In this document: positions 9,535-16,956 of the stretch, piece after piece
How positions within the stretch are numbered: the first letter of the stretch is position 1
Layout: the number at the start of each line of letters is the position of its first letter
Virus record (IMG/VR): IMGVR_UViG_3300045988_103067
Length of the DNA stretch: 16,956 bases
Strand: one strand, 5' to 3'
DNA from: a virus
Lineage: Duplodnaviria > Heunggongvirae > Uroviricota > Caudoviricetes
Translations under genes and position numbers: made by a program
Notes under the pieces: generated by a model
Database searches by the model: none
What the model saw: the letters and a program-made list of their open reading frames with translations, nothing else
Told to the model about the DNA's origin: nothing

Positions 9535-9679
9535 CCCGCAGACGAACGGCGATTTAAGTGCCGATATCCGGCAGCTTGAGAACGCGCTGGCACGCTGTGC
9601 CAGCCAGGTAAAAATGATTAAACACTGTCAGGACGAAAACGATGCTCAAACCCGACAGCCTGCGCAGGGCGCTGACTGA
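9389..9679 (+). CDS. lysC: Rz1-like outer-membrane lipoprotein spanin LysC, in the +1 frame of lysB
   Basis: Internal Met with GAGG 8 nt upstream. The product MKTKIFAAGTALACLMLCAGC... has a lipoprotein signal peptide and lipobox (LCAGC). 96 aa, the length of P2 LysC. It starts inside lysB and ends inside R. Confidence 0.72.
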   Translation: MKTKIFAAGTALACLMLCAGCTSAPPAPTPVIVHNACPKVSLCPMPGSDPQTNGDLSADIRQLENALARCASQVKMIKHCQDENDAQTRQPAQGAD

Positions 9680-10109
9680 TGCCGTCACGGTGCTGAAAAC
9701 CAGTCCAGAGATGCTTCGGATATTCGTGGATAACGGGAGTATTGCCTCCACGCTGGCGACGTCGCTGTCGTTCGAAAAGCGTTACACGCTCAATGTGATT
9801 GTGACCGACTTTACCGGTGATTTTGACCTGCTCATCGTGCCGGTGCTGGCGTGGCTGCGGGAAAATCAGCCCGACATCATGACCACCGACGAAGGCCAGA
9901 AAAAGGGCTTCACGTTTTATGCAGACATCAACAATGACAGCAGCTTTGATATCAGCATCAGCCTGATGCTGACCGAGCGCACGCTGGTCAGTGAGGTGGA
10001 CGGCGCACTGCATGTGAAGAACATCCCGGAACCTCCGCCGCCGGAGCCGGTCACCCGCCCGATGGAGCTGTATATCAATGGCGAACTGGTGAGCAAGTGG
10101 GATGAATGA
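9642..10109 (+). CDS. R: Tail completion protein
   Basis: 155 aa, the length of P2 gpR, in the expected position. Confidence 0.85.
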   Translation: MLKPDSLRRALTDAVTVLKTSPEMLRIFVDNGSIASTLATSLSFEKRYTLNVIVTDFTGDFDLLIVPVLAWLRENQPDIMTTDEGQKKGFTFYADINNDSSFDISISLMLTERTLVSEVDGALHVKNIPEPPPPEPVTRPMELYINGELVSKWDE

Positions 10110-10554
10110 GTTTAAGCGTTTTGAAGACCGGCTGACCGGACTGATTGAGTCGCTGTCACCGTCAGGGCGTCGGCGACTGAGTGCAGAACTGGCGAAACGT
10201 CTGCGGCAGAGTCAGCAGCGCCGGGTGATGGCACAGAAAGCCCCGGACGGCACACCCTATGCGCCACGCCAGCAGCAGAGCGCCAGAAAAAAGACCGGTC
10301 GTGTTAAGCGAAAAATGTTTGCGAAACTTATCACCAGTCGTTTTTTGCATATCCGCGCCAGCCCGGAACAGGCATCAATGGAATTTTACGGCGGGAAGTC
10401 ACCGAAAATCGCCAGCGTGCATCAGTTTGGTCTGTCGGAAGAAACCCGGAAAGACGGTAAGAAAATTGATTATCCGGCGCGTCCTCTGCTCGGCTTTACC
10501 GGTGAGGATGTGCAGATGATTGAAGAGATTATTCTGACTCACCTCGACCGTTAG
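10102..10554 (+). CDS. S: Tail completion protein
   Basis: 150 aa, the length of P2 gpS; overlaps the end of R. Confidence 0.85.
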   Translation: MNEFKRFEDRLTGLIESLSPSGRRRLSAELAKRLRQSQQRRVMAQKAPDGTPYAPRQQQSARKKTGRVKRKMFAKLITSRFLHIRASPEQASMEFYGGKSPKIASVHQFGLSEETRKDGKKIDYPARPLLGFTGEDVQMIEEIILTHLDR

Positions 10555-10620
10555 TTGTGCCATTCCCGACACCTCATCGTCACATTGCCGCCGGTATGAC
10601 CCGGCGGCATCCTTCCCGTT

Positions 10621-11256
10621 ATGAACACTCTCGCAAATATTCAGGAACTCGCGCGCGCACTGCGCAACATGATCCGCACCGGCATTATCGTCGAAACCGA
10701 CCTTAACGCCGGTCGCTGCCGTGTGCAGACCGGCGGCATGTGCACCGACTGGCTTCAGTGGCTGACCCATCGCGCAGGACGTTCGCGCACATGGTGGGCA
10801 CCTTCCGTGGGGGAACAGGTGCTGATTCTGGCCGTGGGCGGTGAACTCGACACGGCGTTCGTTCTGCCGGGGATTTATTCCGGCGATAACCCCGCGCCGT
10901 CTGCGTCGGCGGATGCCCTGCATATCCGTTTCCCTGACGGGGCGGTGATTGAGTATGAACCCGAAACCAGTGCACTCACGGTAAGCGGAATTAAAACGGC
11001 CAGCGTGACGGCTTCTGATTCTGTTACTGCCACGGTGCCGGTGGTCATGGTGAAAGCGTCAACCCGCATCACCCTGGACACCCCGGAGGTGGTCTGCACC
11101 AACAGACTGATTACCGGCACGCTGGAAGTGCAGAAGGGCGGGACGATGCGCGGCAACATTGAACACACCGGCGGTGAACTCTCATCAAACGGTAAGGTAC
11201 TGCATACCCATAAACACCCCGGCGACAGCGGCGGCACAACCGGGAGTCCTCTATGA
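10621..11256 (+). CDS. V: Baseplate central spike protein
   Basis: 211 aa, the length of P2 gpV; first gene of the V-W-J-I baseplate operon. Confidence 0.88.
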   Translation: MNTLANIQELARALRNMIRTGIIVETDLNAGRCRVQTGGMCTDWLQWLTHRAGRSRTWWAPSVGEQVLILAVGGELDTAFVLPGIYSGDNPAPSASADALHIRFPDGAVIEYEPETSALTVSGIKTASVTASDSVTATVPVVMVKASTRITLDTPEVVCTNRLITGTLEVQKGGTMRGNIEHTGGELSSNGKVLHTHKHPGDSGGTTGSPL

Positions 11257-11600
11257 CTGCGCGTTATCTCGGAATGAATCGCAGTGATGGCCTGACTGTC
11301 ACTGACCTTGAGCATATCAGCCAGAGTATCGGCGATATCCTGCGCACACCGGTCGGCTCACGGGTGATGCGTCGTGATTACGGCTCGTTGCTGGCGTCAA
11401 TGATTGACCAGCCGCAGACTCCGGCGCTTGAGTTGCAGATTAAGGTCGCCTGTTACATGGCAGTGCTGAAATGGGAACCCCGCGTCACCCTGTCATCCGT
11501 CACCACTGAGCGCAGTTTTGACGGGCGAATGACGGTCACGTTAACCGGTCAGCACAACGACACCGGCCAGCCACTTTCGTTAACCATCCCTGTGAGTTGA
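11253..11600 (+). CDS. W: Baseplate wedge protein (gp25-like)
   Basis: 115 aa, the length of P2 gpW; its start overlaps the V stop. Confidence 0.88.
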   Translation: MTARYLGMNRSDGLTVTDLEHISQSIGDILRTPVGSRVMRRDYGSLLASMIDQPQTPALELQIKVACYMAVLKWEPRVTLSSVTTERSFDGRMTVTLTGQHNDTGQPLSLTIPVS

Positions 11601-11604
11601 AACC

Positions 11605-12513
11605 ATGCCGATTATCGACCTGAACCAGCTACCTGCACCGGATGTGGTCGAGGAGCTGGACTTTGAAACCATTCTTGCCGAACGCAAGGCGACACTGATT
11701 TCCCTTTACCCGGAAGACCAGCAGGAGGCGGTCGCCCGTACCCTGACGCTGGAATCCGAGCCTCTCGTCAAACTGCTGGAGGAAAATGCTTATCGTGAGC
11801 TTATCTGGCGTCAGCGTGTGAATGAGGCAGCACGGGCGGTAATGCTGGCCTGTGCCGCCGGTAATGACCTTGATGTGATTGGTGCCAATTACAACACCAC
11901 GCGTCTGACTATCACCCCGGCAGATGATTCGACCATCCCGCCGACACCGGCAGTGATGGAATCTGACACCGATTATCGTCTGCGTATTCAGCAGGCGTTT
12001 GAAGGTTTAAGCGTCGCCGGGTCGGTGGGTGCCTATCAGTATCATGGCCGCAGTGCTGACGGGCGTGTCGCGGATATCTCTGTCACCAGTCCGTCTCCGG
12101 CCTGCGTCACCATCTCCGTGCTGTCACGTGAAAATAACGGTGTCGCATCCGAAGACCTGCTGGCCGTGGTGCGTAACGCCATTAATGGCGAGGACGTCAG
12201 GCCGGTGGCCGACCGCGTGACCGTGCAGTCTGCCGCCATTGTTGAATACCAGATAAACGCCACGCTTTACCTTTACCCTGGTCCCGAAAGCGAACCCATC
12301 CGCGCTGCTGCCGTGAAAAAGCTGGAAGCGTATATCACGGCACAGCACCGGCTGGGGCGCGACATCCGTCTGTCTGCCATTTATGCCGCTTTGCATGTGG
12401 AAGGTGTGCAGCGTGTCGAACTGGCTGCACCACTGGCCGACATCGTGCTCAACAGTACGCAGGCGTCTTTCTGTACCGAATACCGCGTCGTGACCGGAGG
12501 CTCGGATGAGTGA
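11605..12513 (+). CDS. J: Baseplate wedge protein (gp6-like)
   Basis: 302 aa, the length of P2 gpJ, in the expected position. Confidence 0.88.
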   Translation: MPIIDLNQLPAPDVVEELDFETILAERKATLISLYPEDQQEAVARTLTLESEPLVKLLEENAYRELIWRQRVNEAARAVMLACAAGNDLDVIGANYNTTRLTITPADDSTIPPTPAVMESDTDYRLRIQQAFEGLSVAGSVGAYQYHGRSADGRVADISVTSPSPACVTISVLSRENNGVASEDLLAVVRNAINGEDVRPVADRVTVQSAAIVEYQINATLYLYPGPESEPIRAAAVKKLEAYITAQHRLGRDIRLSAIYAALHVEGVQRVELAAPLADIVLNSTQASFCTEYRVVTGGSDE

Positions 12514-13036
12514 TTCGCGACTGCTGCCGACCGGCTCATCACCGCTTGAAGTCGCCGCCGCAAAAGCCTGTGCGGAAATTGAAAAAACACCGGTCAGTAT
12601 TCGTGAGCTGTGGAACCCGGACACCTGCCCGGGAAATCTGCTGCCGTGGCTGGCGTGGGCGTTTTCGGTCGACAGGTGGGATGAAAAGTGGCCGGAAGCG
12701 ACCAAACGCGCCGTTATTCGCGATGCCTATTTCATCCACTGTCATAAAGGCACTATCGGCGCAATCCGGCGTGTGGTGGAGCCGCTCGGCTATCTCATCA
12801 ACGTGACGGAGTGGTGGGAAAACAGTGACCCGCCAGGCACCTTCCGGCTTGATATTGGTGTACTGGAAAGCGGCATCACGGAGGCAATGTATCAGGAAAT
12901 GGAACGGCTGATTGCCGATGCCAAACCTGCAAGCCGCCACCTTATTGGCCTGAACATTACCCGGAACATTCCCGGCTACCTGTTCGCCGGTTGTGTGGCT
13001 TACGACGGCGATGTAATTACGGTTTACCCCGGATAA
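12506..13036 (+). CDS. I: Baseplate protein
   Basis: 176 aa, the length of P2 gpI; overlaps the end of J. Confidence 0.88.
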   Translation: MSDSRLLPTGSSPLEVAAAKACAEIEKTPVSIRELWNPDTCPGNLLPWLAWAFSVDRWDEKWPEATKRAVIRDAYFIHCHKGTIGAIRRVVEPLGYLINVTEWWENSDPPGTFRLDIGVLESGITEAMYQEMERLIADAKPASRHLIGLNITRNIPGYLFAGCVAYDGDVITVYPG

Positions 13037-13046
13037 GTGAGGAATA

Positions 13047-15296
13047 ATGAGCACAAAATTCAGAACCGTTATCACCACTGCCGGTGCAGCAAAGCTGGCA
13101 GCGGCAACCGCGCCGGGAGGGCGGAAGGTCAACATTACCACGATGGCCGTCGGGGATGGCGGTGGTAAATTGCCTGTCCCGGATGCCGGACAGACCGGGC
13201 TTATCCACGAAGTCTGGCGACATGCGCTGAACAAAATCAGCCAGGACAAACGAAACAGTAATTATATTATCGCAGAGCTGGTTATTCCGCCGGAGGTGGG
13301 CGGTTTCTGGATGCGTGAGCTTGGCCTGTACGATGATGCTGGAACGTTAATTGCCGTGGCGAACATGGCCGAAAGTTATAAGCCAGCTCTTGCCGAAGGC
13401 TCAGGGCGTTCGCAGACCTGCCGTATGGTCATCATCGTCAGCAGTGTGACCTCAGTGGCGCTGACCATTGACACCACAACGGTGATGGCGACGCAGGATT
13501 ACGTTGATGACAAAATTGCAGAGCATGAACAGTCACGACGTCACCCGGACGCCTCGCTGACCGCAAAAGGTTTTACTCAGTTAAGCAATGCGACCAACAG
13601 CACGTCTGAAACACTGGCCGCAACGCCGAAAGCGGTTAAGGCCGCATATGACCTGGCTAACGGGAAATACACTGCGCAGGATGCCACCACAGCGCGAAAA
13701 GGTCTTGTCCAGCTCAGTAGCGCCACCAACAGCACGTCTGAAACGCTCGCCGCAACACCAAAAGCGGTAAAGGCAGCATATGACCTTGCTAACGGGAAAT
13801 ACACTGCACAGGACGCCACCACAGCGCGAAAAGGTCTTGTCCAGCTCAGTAGCGCCACCAACAGCGATTCTGAAACGCTTGCGGCAACGCCAAAGGCGGT
13901 AAAGGCAGCATATGACCTCGCTAACGGGAAATATACCGCACAGGATGCCACCACAGCGCGAAAAGGTCTTGTCCAGCTCAGTAGCGCCACCAACAGTGAT
14001 TCTGAAACGCTGGCTGCAACACCAAAAGCGGTGAAGTCTGCCTATGACAATGCTGAAAAACGTCTTCAGAAAGATCAGAACGGTGCGGATATTCCTGATA
14101 AAGGACGCTTCCTGAGTAACATTAATGTTTACAGCAAAGGTGAAGTGGATAAGAAAAAGGGAATGCGAAAGTATTCGTTTGCAGCCCCTGCAAATGTCGT
14201 TGCCGGGAAGTGGTATCCCGTTATCTTTCGCCGTGCTGCCAGCCTTTCAGGAGAAATGGCATCCCGCGTCGTTATTTCCACTGGTTGTTATAACAGCGAT
14301 TATGTAATGAATAACTGCGAGTTTAATGGCATGGTTATGCCCGGAGGCTGGACTGATCGTGGTTCATATGCGGCAGGTTATTTCTGGACGTATCAGACTA
14401 ATGAGCGTTCAATTCATTCCATTGTTACAAGCCTGAAAGATGATGATGTATGTAGTGTTTTTTATGTTGAAGCCAGAGCTTTCCCTGTACAAATTCTTGC
14501 AGAGGAAGGGCTAACGGTTATTGTTCCGACAGAGGATTATGTCGTCGGTCAGACGACATATAAGTGGGGGGCAACTAATCCCGCTACAGAAAGCACGAAC
14601 GCGCAGGCTATTCTGGATTTTAAAAATGGGCGCGGTTATTACTGCTCACATCCATTTATTTCCAGCCTTTCAGGAAATGCTGCAACAGCAACAAAGTTAG
14701 CGAACGCAAGAAATATTAATGGTGTCAGATTTGATGGCTCTGCCGATATAAATATTAATACACTGGTTTCCAGAAACCGTGTTACTGCATTAGGTGGGAG
14801 CGTAAAGGGGACACCAGGTATTCAGATGTATGAGGCATACAACAATGGCTACCCAACAGCCTATGGTAATGTGCTTCATCTCACTGGTGTAACCGCAGTA
14901 GGAGAGGGTGAGTTACTTATTGGCTGGAGTGGAACCAGCGGTGCTCATGCTCCGGCATATATTCGCTCCCGACGAGATACCACAGATGCTAACTGGTCTG
15001 GATGGGCGCAACTATATACAACTGCTCATAAACCCTCAGCGGGAGATGTTGGTGCATACACCAAAGCTGAGTCAGATTCACGTTATGTGAGAGACATGCG
15101 GCTGGGCGGTGCATCTACATATAAACCAGCAAATAATGGTATTACATGGACGCATCAGGCTCCGTCAGGTTGCGTATATACCGGCATTATTGTTCAGGAT
15201 ACCGGCTCAAACTCTGCCGATAACATTGGTGGCGTATATTACAGACCGGTGCAGAAATACATTAACGGGACATGGTATAACGTGGCGCAGGTATAA
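13047..15296 (+). CDS. H: Tail fibre protein, with an expanded internal repeat array and a low-GC receptor-binding C-terminal part
   Basis: 749 aa. The N-terminus (MSTKFRTVITTAGAAKLAAATAPG...) and the C-terminal tail (...YINGTWYNVAQV) are P2 gpH-like. It is about 80 aa longer than P2 gpH (669 aa) and contains four tandem 44-aa repeats. Confidence 0.9.
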   Translation: MSTKFRTVITTAGAAKLAAATAPGGRKVNITTMAVGDGGGKLPVPDAGQTGLIHEVWRHALNKISQDKRNSNYIIAELVIPPEVGGFWMRELGLYDDAGTLIAVANMAESYKPALAEGSGRSQTCRMVIIVSSVTSVALTIDTTTVMATQDYVDDKIAEHEQSRRHPDASLTAKGFTQLSNATNSTSETLAATPKAVKAAYDLANGKYTAQDATTARKGLVQLSSATNSTSETLAATPKAVKAAYDLANGKYTAQDATTARKGLVQLSSATNSDSETLAATPKAVKAAYDLANGKYTAQDATTARKGLVQLSSATNSDSETLAATPKAVKSAYDNAEKRLQKDQNGADIPDKGRFLSNINVYSKGEVDKKKGMRKYSFAAPANVVAGKWYPVIFRRAASLSGEMASRVVISTGCYNSDYVMNNCEFNGMVMPGGWTDRGSYAAGYFWTYQTNERSIHSIVTSLKDDDVCSVFYVEARAFPVQILAEEGLTVIVPTEDYVVGQTTYKWGATNPATESTNAQAILDFKNGRGYYCSHPFISSLSGNAATATKLANARNINGVRFDGSADININTLVSRNRVTALGGSVKGTPGIQMYEAYNNGYPTAYGNVLHLTGVTAVGEGELLIGWSGTSGAHAPAYIRSRRDTTDANWSGWAQLYTTAHKPSAGDVGAYTKAESDSRYVRDMRLGGASTYKPANNGITWTHQAPSGCVYTGIIVQDTGSNSADNIGGVYYRPVQKYINGTWYNVAQV
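13566..14050 (+). repeat. Tandem direct repeat array inside H: three full 132-bp units (at 13566, 13698, 13830) and a partial fourth
   Basis: The nucleotide sequence repeats with a 132-bp period, and the protein shows TNSxSETLAATPKAVKAAYDLANGKYTAQDATTARKGLVQLS four times. This is the tail-fibre-repeat type of motif seen in side tail fibres of other phages. Confidence 0.85.
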
Positions 15297-15299
15297 TTT

Positions 15300-15827
15300 A
15301 TGCAGCATTTAAAAAATATTACGGCGGGTAATCCAAAAACGGTTGAACAATATCAATTGACAAAGGGCTTTGATGTTGTCTGGTTTTTTTCAGAAGATGG
15401 TAAGAACTGGTACGAAGAACAAAAGTATTTTGCTGATGACACGATAAAAATAGCGTACGACAAAGATAATATTATCCGCTATGTGGAAAAGGATGTGACA
15501 GCTATCAGACCGGATGGATTAAGTGTGGTTGAAGTGGCGGATATTACTGCTAACCGACGGACGGACATTTCAGGGAACTGGATGTTTAAGGATGGCAAAG
15601 TGATTAAACGCATTTATACGGCAGAGGAATTGCAGCAGCAGGCAGAAAACCGGAAAGCTAGACTTCTTGCAGATGCTGAATCCGTGATTTTGCCGCTGGA
15701 GCGCGCTGTCAGGTTGAACATGGCAACAGAGGAGGAGCGCACACGGCTGGAGGCTTGGGAACGCTACAGCGTTGTGGTCAGTCGTGTGGATCCTGCAAAT
15801 CCTGAATGGCCGGAAATGCCGCAATAA
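15300..15827 (+). CDS. G: Tail fibre assembly chaperone
   Basis: 175 aa, the length of P2 gpG; directly downstream of H. The conserved C-terminus ...[14 protein letters not shown] is typical of P2-type tail fibre assembly proteins. Confidence 0.85.
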   Translation: MQHLKNITAGNPKTVEQYQLTKGFDVVWFFSEDGKNWYEEQKYFADDTIKIAYDKDNIIRYVEKDVTAIRPDGLSVVEVADITANRRTDISGNWMFKDGKVIKRIYTAEELQQQAENRKARLLADAESVILPLERAVRLNMATEEERTRLEAWERYSVVVSRVDPANPEWPEMPQ

Positions 15828-15861
15828 GTTGTATAAGCTCTGGTGTGAGATTACATATCTA

Positions 15862-15912
15862 TGGCACAGAGTAAAGCCTAATCTGACAGTCCGCTCTGTG
15901 CCAAGAGCGGAC
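15862..15912. repeat. Two overlapping, mutually exclusive inverted repeats just downstream of G
   Basis: TGGCACAGAG (15862-15871) pairs with CTCTGTGCCA (15894-15903), a 10-bp stem. GTCCGCTCT (15889-15897) pairs with AGAGCGGAC (15904-15912), a 9-bp stem with a 6-nt loop. The arms overlap, so only one can form at a time. Neither is followed by a T tract. Confidence 0.5.
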
Positions 15913-16320
15913 GTTACTACTACTCGACCTAAAGTAAAGTAATTGTACTCATTAAATAGTGGTAATTGGGTCTGGTGCTTAATCGAACGAAATCTCATGT
16001 TAGGCGAAAAAAACGTCTGAAAAATCGATTAACACATACACCTGTGTACTATGGCCGTTATTCAATTTAAAAGGAACCATTTCCGATATGATTCACTGTC
16101 CATAATGTTTTGATTTATTAAAAAAGAGCCTTAGAGTGTGAAACCATTACGTTGAGTGGCGAACACCATTAATAAATTCTGCTTATACTTACAGCATATA
16201 TTATGTTCACGTCATATAACCATGGCAAATAAGATATTGCACATCAAGCATGATTATGATAGTGATTACAAAAATGAAGAATCTTAGATAAAGGATTAGT
16301 AAGTGGTTACATATAATTCA

Positions 16321-16956
16321 ATGTTGTTACCCCCCCCTAAATCTTGGGACGAATTTGAGGATATGTGCAAAAGTTCATTCCAACTGCGATGGTCCAATCC
16401 TAATCTGAACAGACATGGACGGTCAGGGCAGCGGCAGGATGGAGTTGATGTATATGGTGATGACTCTCTTGGGCGTTTCGTTGGAATTCAGTGTAAAAAT
16501 ACAGTATCAGGAATCAGTACGGCGACAATCGATGATGAATTACTCAAGGCTGAAAAATTTCGCCCAAAAATTACGGTTCTTTACATCGCTACGACAGCGC
16601 CCAGGGATGTTAGCATTCAGCGCTATGTAAGAACACTCAATGATGCCAGACAATTAAAAGGCCTGTTTCCTGTCGATGTGGTTTTCTGGGAGGATATTAG
16701 CTTTGATTTAAGCAAAGACCCAGCTGTACTCAAAATGTACTACCCGCAAATGTTCGAACGACACCAACCGACGAGGGAAGAATTTTTGCGCAAGAGAGAT
16801 ATCTCAAATTTGTCGACATTGTTGAATGTTATTGATTTTCATTCAACAATAGACCATTTGCAGTGGGGCGCAAAATACATTCATTCATTAATTATTGAAG
16901 AATACGATAATATTTTGAACATTTTAAACTCACCTGTTTTTCAACTGAATGATACA
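16321..16956 (+). CDS. Mrr-like (PD-(D/E)xK / PD-QxK) restriction-endonuclease-fold protein, 3'-truncated by the window edge; candidate anti-phage cargo at the Z/fun-type locus
   Basis: This ORF is missing from the supplied track because it has no stop inside the window. By hand, the frame is open from ATG 16321 (in-frame TAA at 16315) to the last base, 212 codons. The N-terminus reads ...WDEFEDMCKSSFQLRW...GRSGQRQDGVDVYG...GRFVGIQCKN, which fits the W-EFE / G-x-Q-x-D-G-h-D / h-Q-x-K pattern of Mrr-type nuclease domains. Strongly AT-rich. A TATAAT hexamer at 16312-16317 sits only 4 nt from the ATG, so the exact start is uncertain. Confidence 0.6.
   Translation, partial: MLLPPPKSWDEFEDMCKSSFQLRWSNPNLNRHGRSGQRQDGVDVYGDDSLGRFVGIQCKNTVSGISTATIDDELLKAEKFRPKITVLYIATTAPRDVSIQRYVRTLNDARQLKGLFPVDVVFWEDISFDLSKDPAVLKMYYPQMFERHQPTREEFLRKRDISNLSTLLNVIDFHSTIDHLQWGAKYIHSLIIEEYDNILNILNSPVFQLNDT

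Noticed and set aside
10399-10923. 174-aa minus-strand ORF spanning the S/V junction
   Set aside because: Antisense to S and V and to the intergenic late promoter region; its composition is typical of a spurious GC-rich frame.
12124-13249. Minus-strand ORFs of 193 aa and 236 aa across J, I and the start of H
   Set aside because: Antisense to contiguous, length-matched baseplate genes; no room for, or signals of, independent genes.
13577-13993. 138-aa minus-strand ORF with internally repeated protein sequence
   Set aside because: It lies entirely antisense to the H repeat array; its repetition is the mirror image of the 132-bp tandem repeats. No independent start signals.
15570-15998. 142-aa minus-strand ORF overlapping the 3' end of G
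   Set aside because: Mostly antisense to the tail fibre assembly gene; Cys/His/Leu-rich translation with no recognisable fold. The non-coding part it covers is better explained by the inverted repeats.
16415-16630. 71-aa plus-strand ORF listed in the track
   Set aside because: It is out of frame with, and nested inside, the longer open frame that runs from 16321 to the window edge and carries the Mrr-like motif. The short ORF has no recognisable domain.
15828-16956. An invertible tail fibre segment (Mu G / P1 C type) with a Gin/Cin-family invertase after H-G
   Set aside because: There is no second, inverted fibre-tip gene set and no serine-recombinase-like ORF in the visible sequence; the downstream gene reads as a nuclease-fold protein instead.
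1-16956. CRISPR arrays, tRNA or rRNA genes, insertion sequences
   Set aside because: No spacer-interspersed short direct repeats, no tRNA-like cloverleaf candidates and no transposase-like ORFs or terminal inverted repeats were seen. The only tandem repeats are the in-frame array inside H.

Overview
This window is almost entirely the late (structural and lysis) module of a P2-like temperate myovirus (Peduovirus-type prophage, presumably in an enterobacterial host). Gene order and protein lengths match the P2 late region gene for gene: cos, then Q (portal) and P (large terminase) on the minus strand, then O-N-M-L-X-Y-K-lysA-lysB(lysC)-R-S-V-W-J-I-H-G on the plus strand, with no extra genes inserted inside the module. 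The two ends are the parts worth attention. Both are visibly AT-rich, both carry a CDS that runs off the window edge, and both sit where P2-like phages are known to carry variable anti-phage cargo: the cos-proximal old/tin locus on the left and the Z/fun locus after G on the right. The right-end gene opens with a motif that resembles an Mrr-type PD-(D/E)xK nuclease; the left-end gene has no recognisable family. The tail-fibre gene H is longer than P2 H, carries four tandem 132-bp repeats, and switches to lower GC in its 3' half. All calls come from reading the sequence and from recalled knowledge of P2; no database search was run.
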